The notes under the pieces are model-generated. The model did not search any database and was not told where the DNA came from. It worked only from the letters and a program-made list of their open reading frames with translations. From Thermodesulfobacteriota bacterium (lineage in GTDB: Bacteria > Desulfobacterota_D > UBA1144 > Nemesobacterales > Nemesobacteraceae), in contig OZ242012.1 of assembly GCA_965204795.1 (NCBI GenBank), forward strand, positions 206,650 through 270,649: 64,000 bases of DNA. Reading direction: 5' to 3'. Position 1 is the first letter of the stretch. Each line of letters begins with the position of its first letter. The translations under genes were made by a program, and so were the position numbers. Shown in pieces: positions 44,824 through 54,557 of this stretch.

Positions 44824-45107
44824 CCGGACCCGTTTCCGATGACAAAGATATAGCGCGCTACGCAAGTCCTTCCAAGATAAACAAGAAAACCGGAAAGCTC
44901 TATCCAGCCCCGCCTGTTTGAGAATTTCGCTTGCGGCGCGTCTTTTCTTGATCTTGGAAACTACTATGAAGCTTCGGAAAACGACTGAAGCGAATTTTAC
45001 CGACATCCTTCACTTTCCTTTGGTTCTTGTGATATTGTTATTGTGCGGCTGACGGTTAAAACGGACTCGGAACGAAAACGCTTTCCCGACGACTCGGGTA
45101 TCTCTTC

Positions 45108-46037
45108 ATGATGGAGAACAGAACGATAATTCCGGTGAAAAGCTCCTTCAGCGCCCCGCAGCCTATTCCTTACCAGGGAAGCAAGCGCCGGGTCGCCCCG
45201 ACCATTCTGGAGTGCTTTCCTCCCAGAGTATCCCGTTTCGTGGAACCGTTCGCCGGTTCCGCCGCGCTGTCCATAGCGTCCGCCGCGCATTGCCGGGCGG
45301 ACAGCTTCTGGATTAACGACGCGCATTGCCCGTTAATTCAGCTGTGGCGGAAAATAATTGACCGTCCCGAAGAACTCGCGGGCGAATACGCATGTCTGTG
45401 GAAAGAGCAGCACGGTCGTGAACGCGAGTACTTCGACGAAGTGCGCGCCCGCTTCAACGACCGCCACGAACCCGCCGACTTTCTCTACCTGCTGGCCCGT
45501 TGCGCCAAGGCTTCGGTTCGATACAACGTACGCGGCGGGTTCAACAACACGCCGGACAACAGAAGAAAAGGAGCCCGCCCACAGGAAATGCGGCGGAGAA
45601 TAGTCGAAACGTCCCGTCTGCTGAGCGGAAAAAACCGGCTCACCTCCCTGGATTACAAGAGTGTTCTCAGTGAATGCGCCGAGGGCGATCTGGTTTACAT
45701 GGACCCGCCGTATCGGGGCGTCTGCGGAAATCGGGACCAGCGTTACCTTCCGAAAATCGATCATGACGAATTCTGCGAGGAACTGTCGAATCTCAACGAC
45801 CGGAACATCATGTTCGCCGTATCTTACGACGGCAGGACCGGCGCCAAGACGTACGGCGACCCGCTTCCGGGTTTTCTGGAACTGACCAGGCTGGAAATAC
45901 GCGCGGGCAGGTCGACGCAGGCGACGCTTCTGGGTCGGTCGGAGATGACGTACGAGTCGCTGTATCTGTCTTCGGCGCTGGCCTCTTCGCTCAAGCGGAC
46001 GGAACCCGCGAACGGGTTGCAGCTGACTCTGCTGTAG
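45108..46037 (+). CDS. D12-class N6-adenine DNA methyltransferase (Dam family)
   Basis: Motif I region PYQGSKRR...EPFAGSAALS and motif IV LVYMDPPY are present. Confidence 0.85.
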   Translation: MMENRTIIPVKSSFSAPQPIPYQGSKRRVAPTILECFPPRVSRFVEPFAGSAALSIASAAHCRADSFWINDAHCPLIQLWRKIIDRPEELAGEYACLWKEQHGREREYFDEVRARFNDRHEPADFLYLLARCAKASVRYNVRGGFNNTPDNRRKGARPQEMRRRIVETSRLLSGKNRLTSLDYKSVLSECAEGDLVYMDPPYRGVCGNRDQRYLPKIDHDEFCEELSNLNDRNIMFAVSYDGRTGAKTYGDPLPGFLELTRLEIRAGRSTQATLLGRSEMTYESLYLSSALASSLKRTEPANGLQLTLL

Positions 46038-46050
46038 AAAGAGCGGGAAG

Positions 46051-46803
46051 ATGGCGAAGAAAAGAACCTCGGGAAAACCGAAACTTCCGAAGGAATTTCT
46101 GGACCGCCTGGAATCGGTAACCGCGAGGCGGGCCAGGATTGTTATTGACCATATCCTGAAACACGGCTTCGTCACGACCGAGGAATTGAGAGAAGAATAC
46201 GGATACAGTCACCCGCCCCGGGCCGCTCGCGATGTGCGGGAACGGGGCATTCCCCTCGAGACTTTTCGCGTGACCGGAAAGCGCGGCAGAAGAATCGCAG
46301 CGTACAGATTTGTCGACCTGGACGATACCAAGGGTAGTGGATTCTCGGGTCGCAGGGCTTGGCCGAGAAACTTCAGGAAGACTCTGGCTAAACTTCACGG
46401 TTCGCGTTGCGGCATCTGTTTTTCGGAATACGAGTCCCGTCATTTGCAAATAGATCATCGCGTCCCGTTCGAGATTTCAGGAGACTCCCCGGGAACCCCC
46501 GACCCGTCTGAATTCATGCTGGTCTGCGGTTCCTGCAACAGGGCGAAATCGTGGTCGTGCGAACACTGCCGAAATTGGTCGGCAGACAGGTCGGTTGAAG
46601 TATGCAAGTCATGCTACTGGGCCGCCCCGCGTAATCACGTTCACGTCGCCTTGATGCCCGTCCGCCGCCTTGACCTGGTATGGTCGGATGATCAGGTGTC
46701 TCAGTATGAACGCCTCGTCAGGGTTTCAAAACGAGAGGGAAAAAGGCTTCCAGAGTTCGTGAAAGATGTCTTGCGCCGCGCGCTTGACGGAAAACCCGAT
46801 TAG
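46051..46803 (+). CDS. HNH endonuclease (putative restriction endonuclease partner of the Dam-family methylase)
   Basis: HNH/zinc-finger core CGICFSEYESRHLQIDHRVPF...CGSCNRAKS, plus CEHC...CKSC. It lies 14 nt downstream of the methyltransferase in the same low-GC island. Confidence 0.75.
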   Translation: MAKKRTSGKPKLPKEFLDRLESVTARRARIVIDHILKHGFVTTEELREEYGYSHPPRAARDVRERGIPLETFRVTGKRGRRIAAYRFVDLDDTKGSGFSGRRAWPRNFRKTLAKLHGSRCGICFSEYESRHLQIDHRVPFEISGDSPGTPDPSEFMLVCGSCNRAKSWSCEHCRNWSADRSVEVCKSCYWAAPRNHVHVALMPVRRLDLVWSDDQVSQYERLVRVSKREGKRLPEFVKDVLRRALDGKPD

Positions 46804-46957
46804 CTTTCCGTTAGATTCGCGATGCTCGGCCGTAAAGGACATTTTCCTCTTCAAAACCGGCACCGACGAAAAACCGCAAGTATCAGCCGGGACTTCGTTC
46901 TCAAGCCTGCCCCGCGGTTCTTTGAAGTCGGAAAACCGGTTTGAGGTTCCGGCGTCT

Positions 46958-47452
46958 TCACTCGCCCTGCCTGGATCCCAGCTCCGCGTCGAGAATCATG
47001 AGCGCCGCCCCGTTGTCCGAAGCGAGCTTGAGCTTCTCGACGACTTCCTCCGCGCTTTTCTCCTCTTCCACCTGCTCCTCTATGAACCAGTGAAGGGAGA
47101 CGGCCGTCGCGTGGTCGTTCTGGGAGACAGCGAGGTCGTAGAGACTGTTTATCATTCCCGTCACTTCACGCTCGTGCTCCAGCACCTCCTCGAACACCTC
47201 GAGAAGGGTTCCGAACTCCGAAGGGGGCTGGTCTATGGATTCGAGCACCACCCTCGCGCCCCTGTCCACCATGTAGTCGAAAAGCTTCATCGCGTGGACG
47301 AGCTCCTCCTCGCTCTGCCTGCGGAGCCAGCTCGCGCAGCCGGGAAAATTCCTCGATTCGCAGTAGGCCGACATGGACAGATAGAGATAGGAAGAATAGT
47401 ATTCGTTTCTTATCTGGGTGTTTATCGCGTCCTGCACGTCAGAGTCAAGCAT
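46958..47452 (-). CDS. ftn: non-haem bacterial ferritin
   Basis: Ferroxidase-centre residues occur in INTQIRNEYYSSYLYLSM...EELVHAMKLFDY...EHEREVT. Confidence 0.85.
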   Translation of the reverse strand: MLDSDVQDAINTQIRNEYYSSYLYLSMSAYCESRNFPGCASWLRRQSEEELVHAMKLFDYMVDRGARVVLESIDQPPSEFGTLLEVFEEVLEHEREVTGMINSLYDLAVSQNDHATAVSLHWFIEEQVEEEKSAEEVVEKLKLASDNGAALMILDAELGSRQGE

Positions 47453-47597
47453 TTTTGCGCCTCCTTGGTCTCTGGTTTCTGCTTTCGGCGTAATAATAAC
47501 CGTTCCGTTTGAAATTGCTACTACATGGTAAGAATTTCCAACAAGGGGAAACTCCGCGTACTTCGCGCCGCGTCGCGGGAAACCGCCGGGGTCCGGG

Positions 47598-48887
47598 TCA
47601 GACCAGAAAGACGAAGTTCGCGATTCCGACGAGGGCGAGCGCCACGATGGAGGGATTGAGGTCTTCGGTCCTGCGGTAGATGATCTTCAGCAGAAGATAG
47701 GAGATGAATCCCAGAAGGATGCCGTTTCCGATGGAGAAGGTGAAAGGGATCATCAGTATGGTGATGCCCGCCGGGACGGTCTCCGTCACGTCCGAAAAGT
47801 CGATGCTCTTCAGGTTTCCGAAAAAAAGCAGCCCCACGTAGATGAGCGCCGGGGCGGTCGCGTAGACGGGTATGGAGTTTATGAGGGGAAAGAAAACTAG
47901 AGAGACGGCGAAAAGCGCGGCGACGGTGACGGCCGTGAGTCCCGTTCTGCCTCCCGCCTGGATTCCCGTGGTGCTCTCCACATAGCTTGTCGTGTTGGAT
48001 GTCCCGAAAAGAGAGCCCATCACCGTGGCCGTCGAATCGGCCGCGAGCGCCTTCACCGAGAGCTCCCTCTCGTCTTTTTCGTCCATCATCATCTTCACCG
48101 AGGTGAGCGTGCCCGCCGTGTCGAAAAAGTCGACGAAGAGCAGGGAGAGGACCACCGACACGGTGCCCCACTGGACGGCGCTGGCTACGTCGAGTTCGAA
48201 AAGCACGGGCGAAACGGAGGGAACCGCTCCCGCCACGCCCCCGAACTGGTTTATTCCCAGGACGAACGAAACGGCGGTCACGGCCAGGATGCTCAGGATT
48301 ATGGAGCCCCGCACGCGCAGGCTGTCGAACAGGGCTATGAGGAAAAATCCCGCGACGGAGAGCAGCACGGTGAGCGAGGAGAGCTTGCCTATGCCCACGA
48401 AGGTGGCCGGATGGTCAACCACGATTCCCGCGGACTTGAGTCCTATGAACATGATGAAGAATCCCACCCCCGTTCCGATTCCGAGCTTGAGGTTCGGGGG
48501 AATGGACTCGATGAGGTACCTCCGCAGGCTCGTCACGCTGATTATGAAGAACAGGACGCCGCTCCAGAACACGGCTCCCAGGCCCACCTGCCAGCTGTGG
48601 CCCATGCCCAGCACGACGCCGTAGGTGAAAAAGGCGTTCAGGCCCAGTCCCGGGGCGAGCGCCACCGGCCAGTTGGCGAGCATCCCCATCACGAGGCATC
48701 CGACGATGGCCGCCGCCGCGGTGGCGACGAACACCGCCCCCTTGTCCATGCCCGTTTCCGAGAGAATGGAGGGATTCACCGCCAGTATGTACGCCATGGT
48801 GAGAAACGTCGTCGCGCCGGCGACCACTTCCGTCTTCGGGTCGGTTCCGAACTTTTTGAGGGAAAAGACTTTTTCCAGAAGATTCAT
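47598..48887 (-). CDS. NCS2 family nucleobase permease (AzgA/PurP-type guanine/hypoxanthine permease)
   Basis: 429 aa with about 13 TM helices. FGTDPKTEVVAGATTFLTMAYILAVNPSIL is the AzgA-subfamily N-terminal signature. Confidence 0.82.
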   Translation of the reverse strand: MNLLEKVFSLKKFGTDPKTEVVAGATTFLTMAYILAVNPSILSETGMDKGAVFVATAAAAIVGCLVMGMLANWPVALAPGLGLNAFFTYGVVLGMGHSWQVGLGAVFWSGVLFFIISVTSLRRYLIESIPPNLKLGIGTGVGFFIMFIGLKSAGIVVDHPATFVGIGKLSSLTVLLSVAGFFLIALFDSLRVRGSIILSILAVTAVSFVLGINQFGGVAGAVPSVSPVLFELDVASAVQWGTVSVVLSLLFVDFFDTAGTLTSVKMMMDEKDERELSVKALAADSTATVMGSLFGTSNTTSYVESTTGIQAGGRTGLTAVTVAALFAVSLVFFPLINSIPVYATAPALIYVGLLFFGNLKSIDFSDVTETVPAGITILMIPFTFSIGNGILLGFISYLLLKIIYRRTEDLNPSIVALALVGIANFVFLV

Positions 48888-48930
48888 GATGCCGCTCCCG
48901 CCCGGCCGCCGCGCAGCGGCGCCCGCGCCG

Positions 48931-49638
48931 TCAGAAATGATACTTGACCAGGGCGTTCAGGTTCTTTTCGTCCACGTCCCGGATGCCGAACTTGTTGAGC
49001 CAGAACACGTACTCGACCCCCACGTAGATCCTCTTTTTCAGCCCCGCGAGGCTTCCGACGTTTATCTTGAGCTGCGAGGTCCAGTTGAACTCCCCCTCGC
49101 GGTCGCTGTTTTTCGTGTACCAGTCTATGAACCCGTCGTAGAGAAGCTCCGCTTTTCCGAGGTCGACCCCCGCGGCCCACACGGGAGTGAACTGCCAGCT
49201 GTCGGCCTGGTCCTGGTTTATCCTGCGGTAGAAGTTGAGCTGAAGGAACCGCAGGCCGGGAACGTTCACGTCCACCGCCCCGCCGCCCAGAAGATGCGTG
49301 AAGCCGTCTCCCACCTCCGCCGTCGTCGAGAGGCCGAACGACTTGACGAACCCGCTCTCGAAGGACGCGAGGCTCAGCCGGGGCGAAACCTCCATGTAGG
49401 TCTCCCCGTCGCCGTCGTCCGACTGCAGGCGGTCTATGAAGACGAAGACGTCTCCCCAGGTGTGGGCGCTGAAGTGCTCGTAGGTGAAGACGGTTCTCTT
49501 GGGGTCGCCCACCTCGTAGTCGTGTCCCCGCAGGACCGAGAGGCTGTTGTCGGCGAAAAGGGTCTTCGCCCCGGAGGGCGCTGCGGCCAGGACGAGCGCC
49601 GCGAGAACCGGGAGAAAGATGGCGAGTTTTCCGATCAT
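48931..49638 (-). CDS. Tsx-like outer-membrane channel protein (nucleoside-specific channel family) with signal peptide
   Basis: The signal peptide is [24 protein letters not shown]. The body is an aromatic-rich beta-barrel ending in the C-terminal residue F (...KYHF). It lies adjacent to the nucleobase permease. Confidence 0.6.
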   Translation of the reverse strand: MIGKLAIFLPVLAALVLAAAPSGAKTLFADNSLSVLRGHDYEVGDPKRTVFTYEHFSAHTWGDVFVFIDRLQSDDGDGETYMEVSPRLSLASFESGFVKSFGLSTTAEVGDGFTHLLGGGAVDVNVPGLRFLQLNFYRRINQDQADSWQFTPVWAAGVDLGKAELLYDGFIDWYTKNSDREGEFNWTSQLKINVGSLAGLKKRIYVGVEYVFWLNKFGIRDVDEKNLNALVKYHF

Positions 49639-49697
49639 GACGTTTCTCGGGCGCCGCGGACGCCCCGCCCGTATATTGATAGCACGGATATTTGGGG

Positions 49698-49725
49698 TTG
49701 TAAATACCCCGATCGGTATTATATA
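49698..49725 (+). promoter_or_regulatory. sigma70-like promoter TTGTAA-N16-TATATA upstream of lon
   Basis: TTGTAA at 49698-49703 and TATATA at 49720-49725. GGGAGG RBS at 49747-49752. lon ATG at 49757. Confidence 0.35.
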
Positions 49726-49756
49726 CTTTATAAACCTGTTTCGTTCGGGAGGAAAA

Positions 49757-52168
49757 ATGTCCGATTCACCCCAAGGCGGCGAGAAGACCCTGCCGCTTCT
49801 GCCGCTTCGCGACGTCGTCGTCTACCCCTACATGCTGGCTCCCCTTTTCGTGGGCAGGGAGAAGTCCATAAAGGCCCTCGAGGAGGCCGCCAAGGAGAGC
49901 AAGGAGATATTCCTCTCGGCCCAGAAGGAGGCCAAGGTGAACGAGCCCGCCGCCGCCGACATGTATTCCGTCGGGACCGTGGGCACGATCGTGCAGATGC
50001 TGCGGCTTCCCGACGGCACGGTCAAGGTTCTGGTCGAGGGCAAGAAAAGAGCGCAGATAACGGATTTCGTCTCCGAGGGCGACATGTTCGTCGTGCGCGT
50101 GAGGGAGATGGAGGAGCCCCCGGGGGAGAGCGTCGAGGTCGAGGCCCTGATGAGGTCCGCCACGAAGCTTTTCGAGGACTACGTCAAGCTCAACAGCAAG
50201 ATTCCCTCCGAGACGCTGGTGACGTTCATGTCCATAGACGAGCCCGGAAAGCTCGGCGACACCATAGCGTCGCATCTCAACATGAAGCTTTCCGACAAGC
50301 AGGAGGTTCTCGAGGTGGTACATCCGCTCGAGAGGCTCGAGAAGCTCTGCGAGAAGATGCAGTCGGAGCTCGAGATACTGCAGATGGAAAAGCGCATAGG
50401 AAAGAGGGTCAAGAAGCAGATGGAGAAGGCCCAGAGGGAATACTACCTGAACGAGCAGATGAAGGCCATCCAGAAGGAGCTCGGAAACGGCGACGAGATG
50501 AAAAGCGAGATCGACGAGTTCGAGGAAAAGCTCAGGGAGAAGGAGCTTCCCGAGGAAGTCGAGCAGAGGGTGAAGAGGGAGATAAACAAGCTGCGCATGA
50601 TGTCCTCCATGTCGGCCGAGGCCACGGTCGTGAGAAACTACATAGACTGGCTTCTGGACCTGCCGTGGATAAAGGAGAAGACCGACGACCGCCTCGACCT
50701 CAAGGAGGCCGCCCGGATACTGGACGAGGACCACTACGGCCTGGAGAAGCCCAAGGAGCGGATTCTCGAGTACCTGGCCGTGCGGGTTCTCACCGAAAAG
50801 CTCAAGGGCCCCATACTGTGCTTCGTCGGACCTCCCGGGGTGGGAAAGACCTCGCTCGCCAAGTCCATAGCCCGCGCCATGGGAAGGAAGTTCGTGAGAA
50901 CCTCCCTAGGCGGCGTGCGGGACGAGGCCGAGATAAGGGGACACAGGAGAACCTACATAGGAGCCCTTCCCGGAAAGATCATCCAGGGGATGAAGAAGGC
51001 CGGAACGGTCAATCCCGTGTTTCTTCTCGACGAGATAGACAAGCTCGGAATGGATTTTCGCGGGGACCCCGCGTCGGCGCTTCTCGAGGCCCTGGACCCC
51101 GAGCAGAACTCGAGCTTCAACGACCACTACGTGGAGGCCGACTACGATCTTTCGAACGTGATGTTCATAATGACCGCCAACGTGCTTCACACCATTCCGT
51201 GGGCCCTCCAGGACCGCATGGAGATAATCCGCCTGCCGGGCTACACCGAGCAGGAAAAGCTCGAGATATCGAAAAAGTTCCTCGTGGGCAAGCAGACCGA
51301 CAGCCACGGCCTGGGGGACGGGAAGCTCAAGATAAGCTCCGAGGCGCTTCTGCAGGTGGTGAGAAGGTACACGAAGGAAAGCGGCGTCCGCAACCTCGAG
51401 AGGGAGATAGCCACCCTCTGCCGCAAGGTCGCGAGGGAGATAGTGGAGAAGGGAAAGAGCCACAAGGCGTCGGTCACCGCGAAGAACGTCCGCAAGTATC
51501 TGGGAACCCCCAAGTACGAGTACGGCGAGGTGGAAAAGACGGACCAGGTCGGGGCGGCCACGGGACTGGCGTGGACGGAGCTCGGGGGGGAACTGCTCAC
51601 CATAGAGGTCTCGATAGTTCCGGGCAAGGGGAACTTCACCGTGACGGGCAAGCTCGGGGAGGTGATGCAGGAATCCGCCCGGGCGGCGATGAGCTACGTG
51701 CGAAGCCGAGCCCAGCGCCTCGGGCTCGAGAGACTTTTCTACCAGAACGTCGACATTCACATCCACGTTCCCGAGGGGGCCACTCCCAAGGACGGGCCGA
51801 GCGCGGGGACGGCCATGGCCAGCGCCATAGTGAGCGCCATCACCAGAAAGCCCGTGAACAGGGAGATGGCCATGACCGGGGAGATCACGCTTCGCGGCAG
51901 GGTCCTGCCCATAGGCGGGCTCAAGGAGAAGATTCTCGCCGCCCACAGGGGAAGGGTGAAGGAGGTGCTGATTCCCGCCGACAACGCCAAGGACATGGAG
52001 GACATACCGGAGAACGTGAGAAAAGAGGTGAAGATAAGGACGGTGGAGCACATGGACGAGGTCGTCGAGAGGGCGGTGGTTTCCGACGAGCCGGTGCTCA
52101 AGAACTTCGTCGTTCCGAAAACGGGCTACGCGCTTGTGGACGAACAGGCGCCGAAGAACATAAACTGA
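49757..52168 (+). CDS. lon: ATP-dependent protease Lon
   Basis: 803 aa. N-domain [15 protein letters not shown], Walker [10 protein letters not shown], and the catalytic Ser-Lys context ...PKDGPSAG..K. The 49547-start track ORF is extended. Confidence 0.92.
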   Translation: MSDSPQGGEKTLPLLPLRDVVVYPYMLAPLFVGREKSIKALEEAAKESKEIFLSAQKEAKVNEPAAADMYSVGTVGTIVQMLRLPDGTVKVLVEGKKRAQITDFVSEGDMFVVRVREMEEPPGESVEVEALMRSATKLFEDYVKLNSKIPSETLVTFMSIDEPGKLGDTIASHLNMKLSDKQEVLEVVHPLERLEKLCEKMQSELEILQMEKRIGKRVKKQMEKAQREYYLNEQMKAIQKELGNGDEMKSEIDEFEEKLREKELPEEVEQRVKREINKLRMMSSMSAEATVVRNYIDWLLDLPWIKEKTDDRLDLKEAARILDEDHYGLEKPKERILEYLAVRVLTEKLKGPILCFVGPPGVGKTSLAKSIARAMGRKFVRTSLGGVRDEAEIRGHRRTYIGALPGKIIQGMKKAGTVNPVFLLDEIDKLGMDFRGDPASALLEALDPEQNSSFNDHYVEADYDLSNVMFIMTANVLHTIPWALQDRMEIIRLPGYTEQEKLEISKKFLVGKQTDSHGLGDGKLKISSEALLQVVRRYTKESGVRNLEREIATLCRKVAREIVEKGKSHKASVTAKNVRKYLGTPKYEYGEVEKTDQVGAATGLAWTELGGELLTIEVSIVPGKGNFTVTGKLGEVMQESARAAMSYVRSRAQRLGLERLFYQNVDIHIHVPEGATPKDGPSAGTAMASAIVSAITRKPVNREMAMTGEITLRGRVLPIGGLKEKILAAHRGRVKEVLIPADNAKDMEDIPENVRKEVKIRTVEHMDEVVERAVVSDEPVLKNFVVPKTGYALVDEQAPKNIN

Positions 52169-52253
52169 AGCCGCGCGGGCGCGCGGAAGGTTCGGGAAAA
52201 GCCCCGGGGCGGCCGATGCCGCTTCGGGGCTTTTCCGGTTCGGGAAGAGGGAC

Positions 52254-53315
52254 TTGGAGAGACGCGCGAAAAGACCGGCCGCGAAGGGAAGGGGCTCCCC
52301 CGAAAACCCCGCGGGCAGGTTCGAGAGAATAGAGTTCGTCGCGGAGGACGACTGCCCGGACGCCCCGCCGCGGTCTCCCGCCACCGTCTACTACAGGGAC
52401 GACGCGAAGAGGATAATCTCGAGAAACGACAGCCCCGACGTGCCGTTCGGCGCGAGCATGAATCCCTACAGGGGCTGCGAGCACGGGTGCGTGTACTGCT
52501 ACGCGAGGCCGACGCACGAGTACCTGGGACTGTCGGCCGGGCTCGACTTCGAGACGAAGATATTCGTCAAGGAAAACGCGGCGGAGCTTCTGCGGGCGGA
52601 GCTCGCCTCGCCCGGGTGGACTCCCGAGCCCGTGGCGGTAAGCGGCGTCACGGACTGCTACCAGCCCGCGGAGCGGCGCTTCGGAATAACGAGAAAATGT
52701 CTCGAGGTCTTCCTTGAGTTTCGAAATCCCGTCGGGGTAGTCACCAAAAGCGGACTCGTCGCCCGAGACGCCGACGTTCTCTCTGATCTCGCGAAGGTCG
52801 GCTGCGCGAGCGTGATCGTGTCGATAACGACGCTCGACGGCGAGCTCGCCCGCAGGATGGAGCCGCGGGCGTCGCAGCCGCGCCGCAGGCTCGAGGCCGT
52901 GGAAGCCCTCGCCTCGGCGGGGATTGCGGTGACCGTTCTGGTGGCGCCCGTGATTCCCGGTCTCACCGACCACGAGATTCCGGCCATACTGAAGGAGGCC
53001 CGCCGTCGCGGGGCCGCCGACGCGGGCTACGTCATGCTCAGGCTTCCCCACGGGGTGGGAGACCTTTTCTTCGATTGGCTCGGCAGGAACTATCCGCGCG
53101 GAAAGAAGAAGGTTCTCGGAAGGATTCAATCGGTTCGGGGAGGGAAGACCAGCTCCGCGCGCTACGGGGAGCGCATGAGGGGCTCGGGAGTGTTCGCCGA
53201 GCAGATAGAGAGGATGTTCCGCGTTTCCTACGGCAGGCTGGGCTTCGAGGGGAAAAAGCCTCTCGACGTCTCCCGGTTCAGAAGTTCCCGTCCCGCGCAG
53301 ATTCCGCTTCTGTGA
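52254..53315 (+). CDS. radical SAM protein, PA0069/SplB-like (COG1533) family
   Basis: The CxxxCxxC motif in NPYRGCEHGCVYCYARPTHEY is characteristic of the PA0069 family. Confidence 0.75.
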   Translation: MERRAKRPAAKGRGSPENPAGRFERIEFVAEDDCPDAPPRSPATVYYRDDAKRIISRNDSPDVPFGASMNPYRGCEHGCVYCYARPTHEYLGLSAGLDFETKIFVKENAAELLRAELASPGWTPEPVAVSGVTDCYQPAERRFGITRKCLEVFLEFRNPVGVVTKSGLVARDADVLSDLAKVGCASVIVSITTLDGELARRMEPRASQPRRRLEAVEALASAGIAVTVLVAPVIPGLTDHEIPAILKEARRRGAADAGYVMLRLPHGVGDLFFDWLGRNYPRGKKKVLGRIQSVRGGKTSSARYGERMRGSGVFAEQIERMFRVSYGRLGFEGKKPLDVSRFRSSRPAQIPLL

Positions 53316-53482
53316 AGGACTCCCGGTTCCTTCACGCGCCGGACGGTGGACATTCTCCCGGGTTCGACGGTCCGGAACCGTAACGCGGCGGAACGTCTAT
53401 TTAAAAGCGCGATCGAGAATTCTTCCGTAACCTGAAAAGCCGTTTTTTCGCTCTTTTCGTCGGTTCCGCTCGCCGCATCCGG

Positions 53483-53743
53483 TCAGAGGCCAAGCTCCTT
53501 TTCTATCTCGGACAAGGGAATCGTTTCTTCTCCCGAAGCCAGGAACTCCTCGTAAGCGCGCATGCCTTCCTCGTAGTCCTCCACGTCCTCGAGCTTTTTC
53601 ATCAGAAACAGCTCGAGACCCTTTCTCACGTAATAGCTCTTGGACCTCTCCTCCGCCTTCGACACCCTGTTTAGAATCTCGCCCAGGGCGGCGGGGATCC
53701 GCGCCGAAACGCCTACCGTTCTAGGTTCCTTGACTGCGCTCAC
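53483..53743 (-). CDS. ribbon-helix-helix (CopG/RelB-like) antitoxin-type DNA-binding protein, copy 1
   Basis: 86 aa. MSAVKEPRTVGVSARIPAALGEILNRVSKAEERSKSYYVRKGLELFL has the RHH beta-strand plus two helices. Acidic C-terminal tail. Confidence 0.7.
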   Translation of the reverse strand: MSAVKEPRTVGVSARIPAALGEILNRVSKAEERSKSYYVRKGLELFLMKKLEDVEDYEEGMRAYEEFLASGEETIPLSEIEKELGL

Positions 53744-54060
53744 GTCGCCGTCTCCTTGTCGGCTTTATTCTCCACATCGGGTCGTCGGAGATTCAGTTCT
53801 TTTTTTACCTCGGTCCAGGGGACGGCTTCTTCTCCCGAAGCCAGGAACTCCTCGTAAGCGCGCATGCCTTCCTCGTAGTCCTCCACGTCCTCGAGCTTTT
53901 TCATCAGAAACAGCTCGAGACCCTTTCTCACGTAATAGCTCTTGGACCTCTCCTCCGCCTTCGACACCCTGTTTAGAATCTCGCCCAGGGCGGCGGGGAT
54001 CTGCGCCGAAACGCCTACCGTCCTCGGTTCCTTGACTGTGCTCACGTCGCTGTCTCCTTG
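53521..54060. repeat. tandem direct duplication, period about 301 bp, roughly 97% identical over about 230 bp
   Basis: 53528-53760 and 53829-54060 are nearly identical, with only a few substitutions (e.g. ccgcgcc versus ctgcgcc). Each copy carries one RHH gene. Confidence 0.85.
53740..54045 (-). CDS. ribbon-helix-helix antitoxin-type protein, copy 2 (tandem duplicate, divergent C-terminus)
   Basis: GTG start at 54045 gives VSTVKEPRTVGVSAQIPAALGEILNRVSKAEERSKSYYVRKGLELFLMKKLEDVEDYEEGMRAYEEFLASGEE..., which is near-identical to copy 1 over about 75 aa. The C-terminal tail differs. Confidence 0.65.
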   Translation of the reverse strand: MSTVKEPRTVGVSAQIPAALGEILNRVSKAEERSKSYYVRKGLELFLMKKLEDVEDYEEGMRAYEEFLASGEEAVPWTEVKKELNLRRPDVENKADKETAT

Positions 54061-54203
54061 CCCGCAAATATAGCGAGGTCCGGCGGTTTCCACAAGGCAA
54101 GGCTTGCGGGGGCGGTTGACCCGAGATAATCTTTGTGTCTTGCGGGTGCCGTGCGTTGCGTTGCCGCATCCGGCCGCGGAGCGTCTCGGAGGGAGAAAAT
54201 CTC

Positions 54204-54473
54204 ATGTCGGAACTGCTGGAACGGAGAATAAGCCATATTGAAAACGACGTGGGCGAGATCAAAAGCGCCGTGAAGCGGCTTTCCGCCGGCGTCGAGAGAC
54301 TTTCCGCCGCCGTAGAGAGAATAGAGACCAAGATAGACGAAAGAGAAAAAGCGACCGAAGACAGGTTCGAAGACCAGGGAAAAGGAATTGACGGGCCGGG
54401 TTTTTGGTTCCGGGCGCTTGTCGTCGCAATAATCGGGGGACCGCTCTCGCTCATACGTAAAGTTTATTTCTAG
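54204..54473 (+). CDS. small coiled-coil protein with C-terminal transmembrane anchor (XhlA/haemolysin-like, 89 aa)
   Basis: GGAGGGA RBS. MSELLERRISHIENDVGEIKSAVKRLSAGVERLSAAVERIETKIDEREKATEDRFEDQGKGIDGPGFWFRALVVAIIGGPLSLIRKVYF has a heptad-repeat N-terminus and a single C-terminal hydrophobic helix. It is divergent from the RHH pair. Confidence 0.55.
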   Translation: MSELLERRISHIENDVGEIKSAVKRLSAGVERLSAAVERIETKIDEREKATEDRFEDQGKGIDGPGFWFRALVVAIIGGPLSLIRKVYF

Positions 54474-54557
54474 GAAAAATTCCCCGGCGGGTCGGAAGCG
54501 AACGGCGGGAACGGACGCAGGGGAAGGTGTAGCGGCGCGAAACTGCTCCGCGGCGGA

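Noticed and set aside
46900-46945. Imperfect inverted repeat GAAGtCGGAA...TTCCGgcgtCTTC between the convergent HNH and ferritin genes
   Set aside because: It could be a bidirectional terminator, but the arms are mismatched and no T-tract follows.
48625-52332. 1235-aa ORF 48625-52332(+) spanning the Tsx-like gene, the intergenic region and lon
   Set aside because: It is out of frame with lon and extremely Arg/Gly-rich. lon (49757-52168) and the minus-strand Tsx-like gene explain the region.
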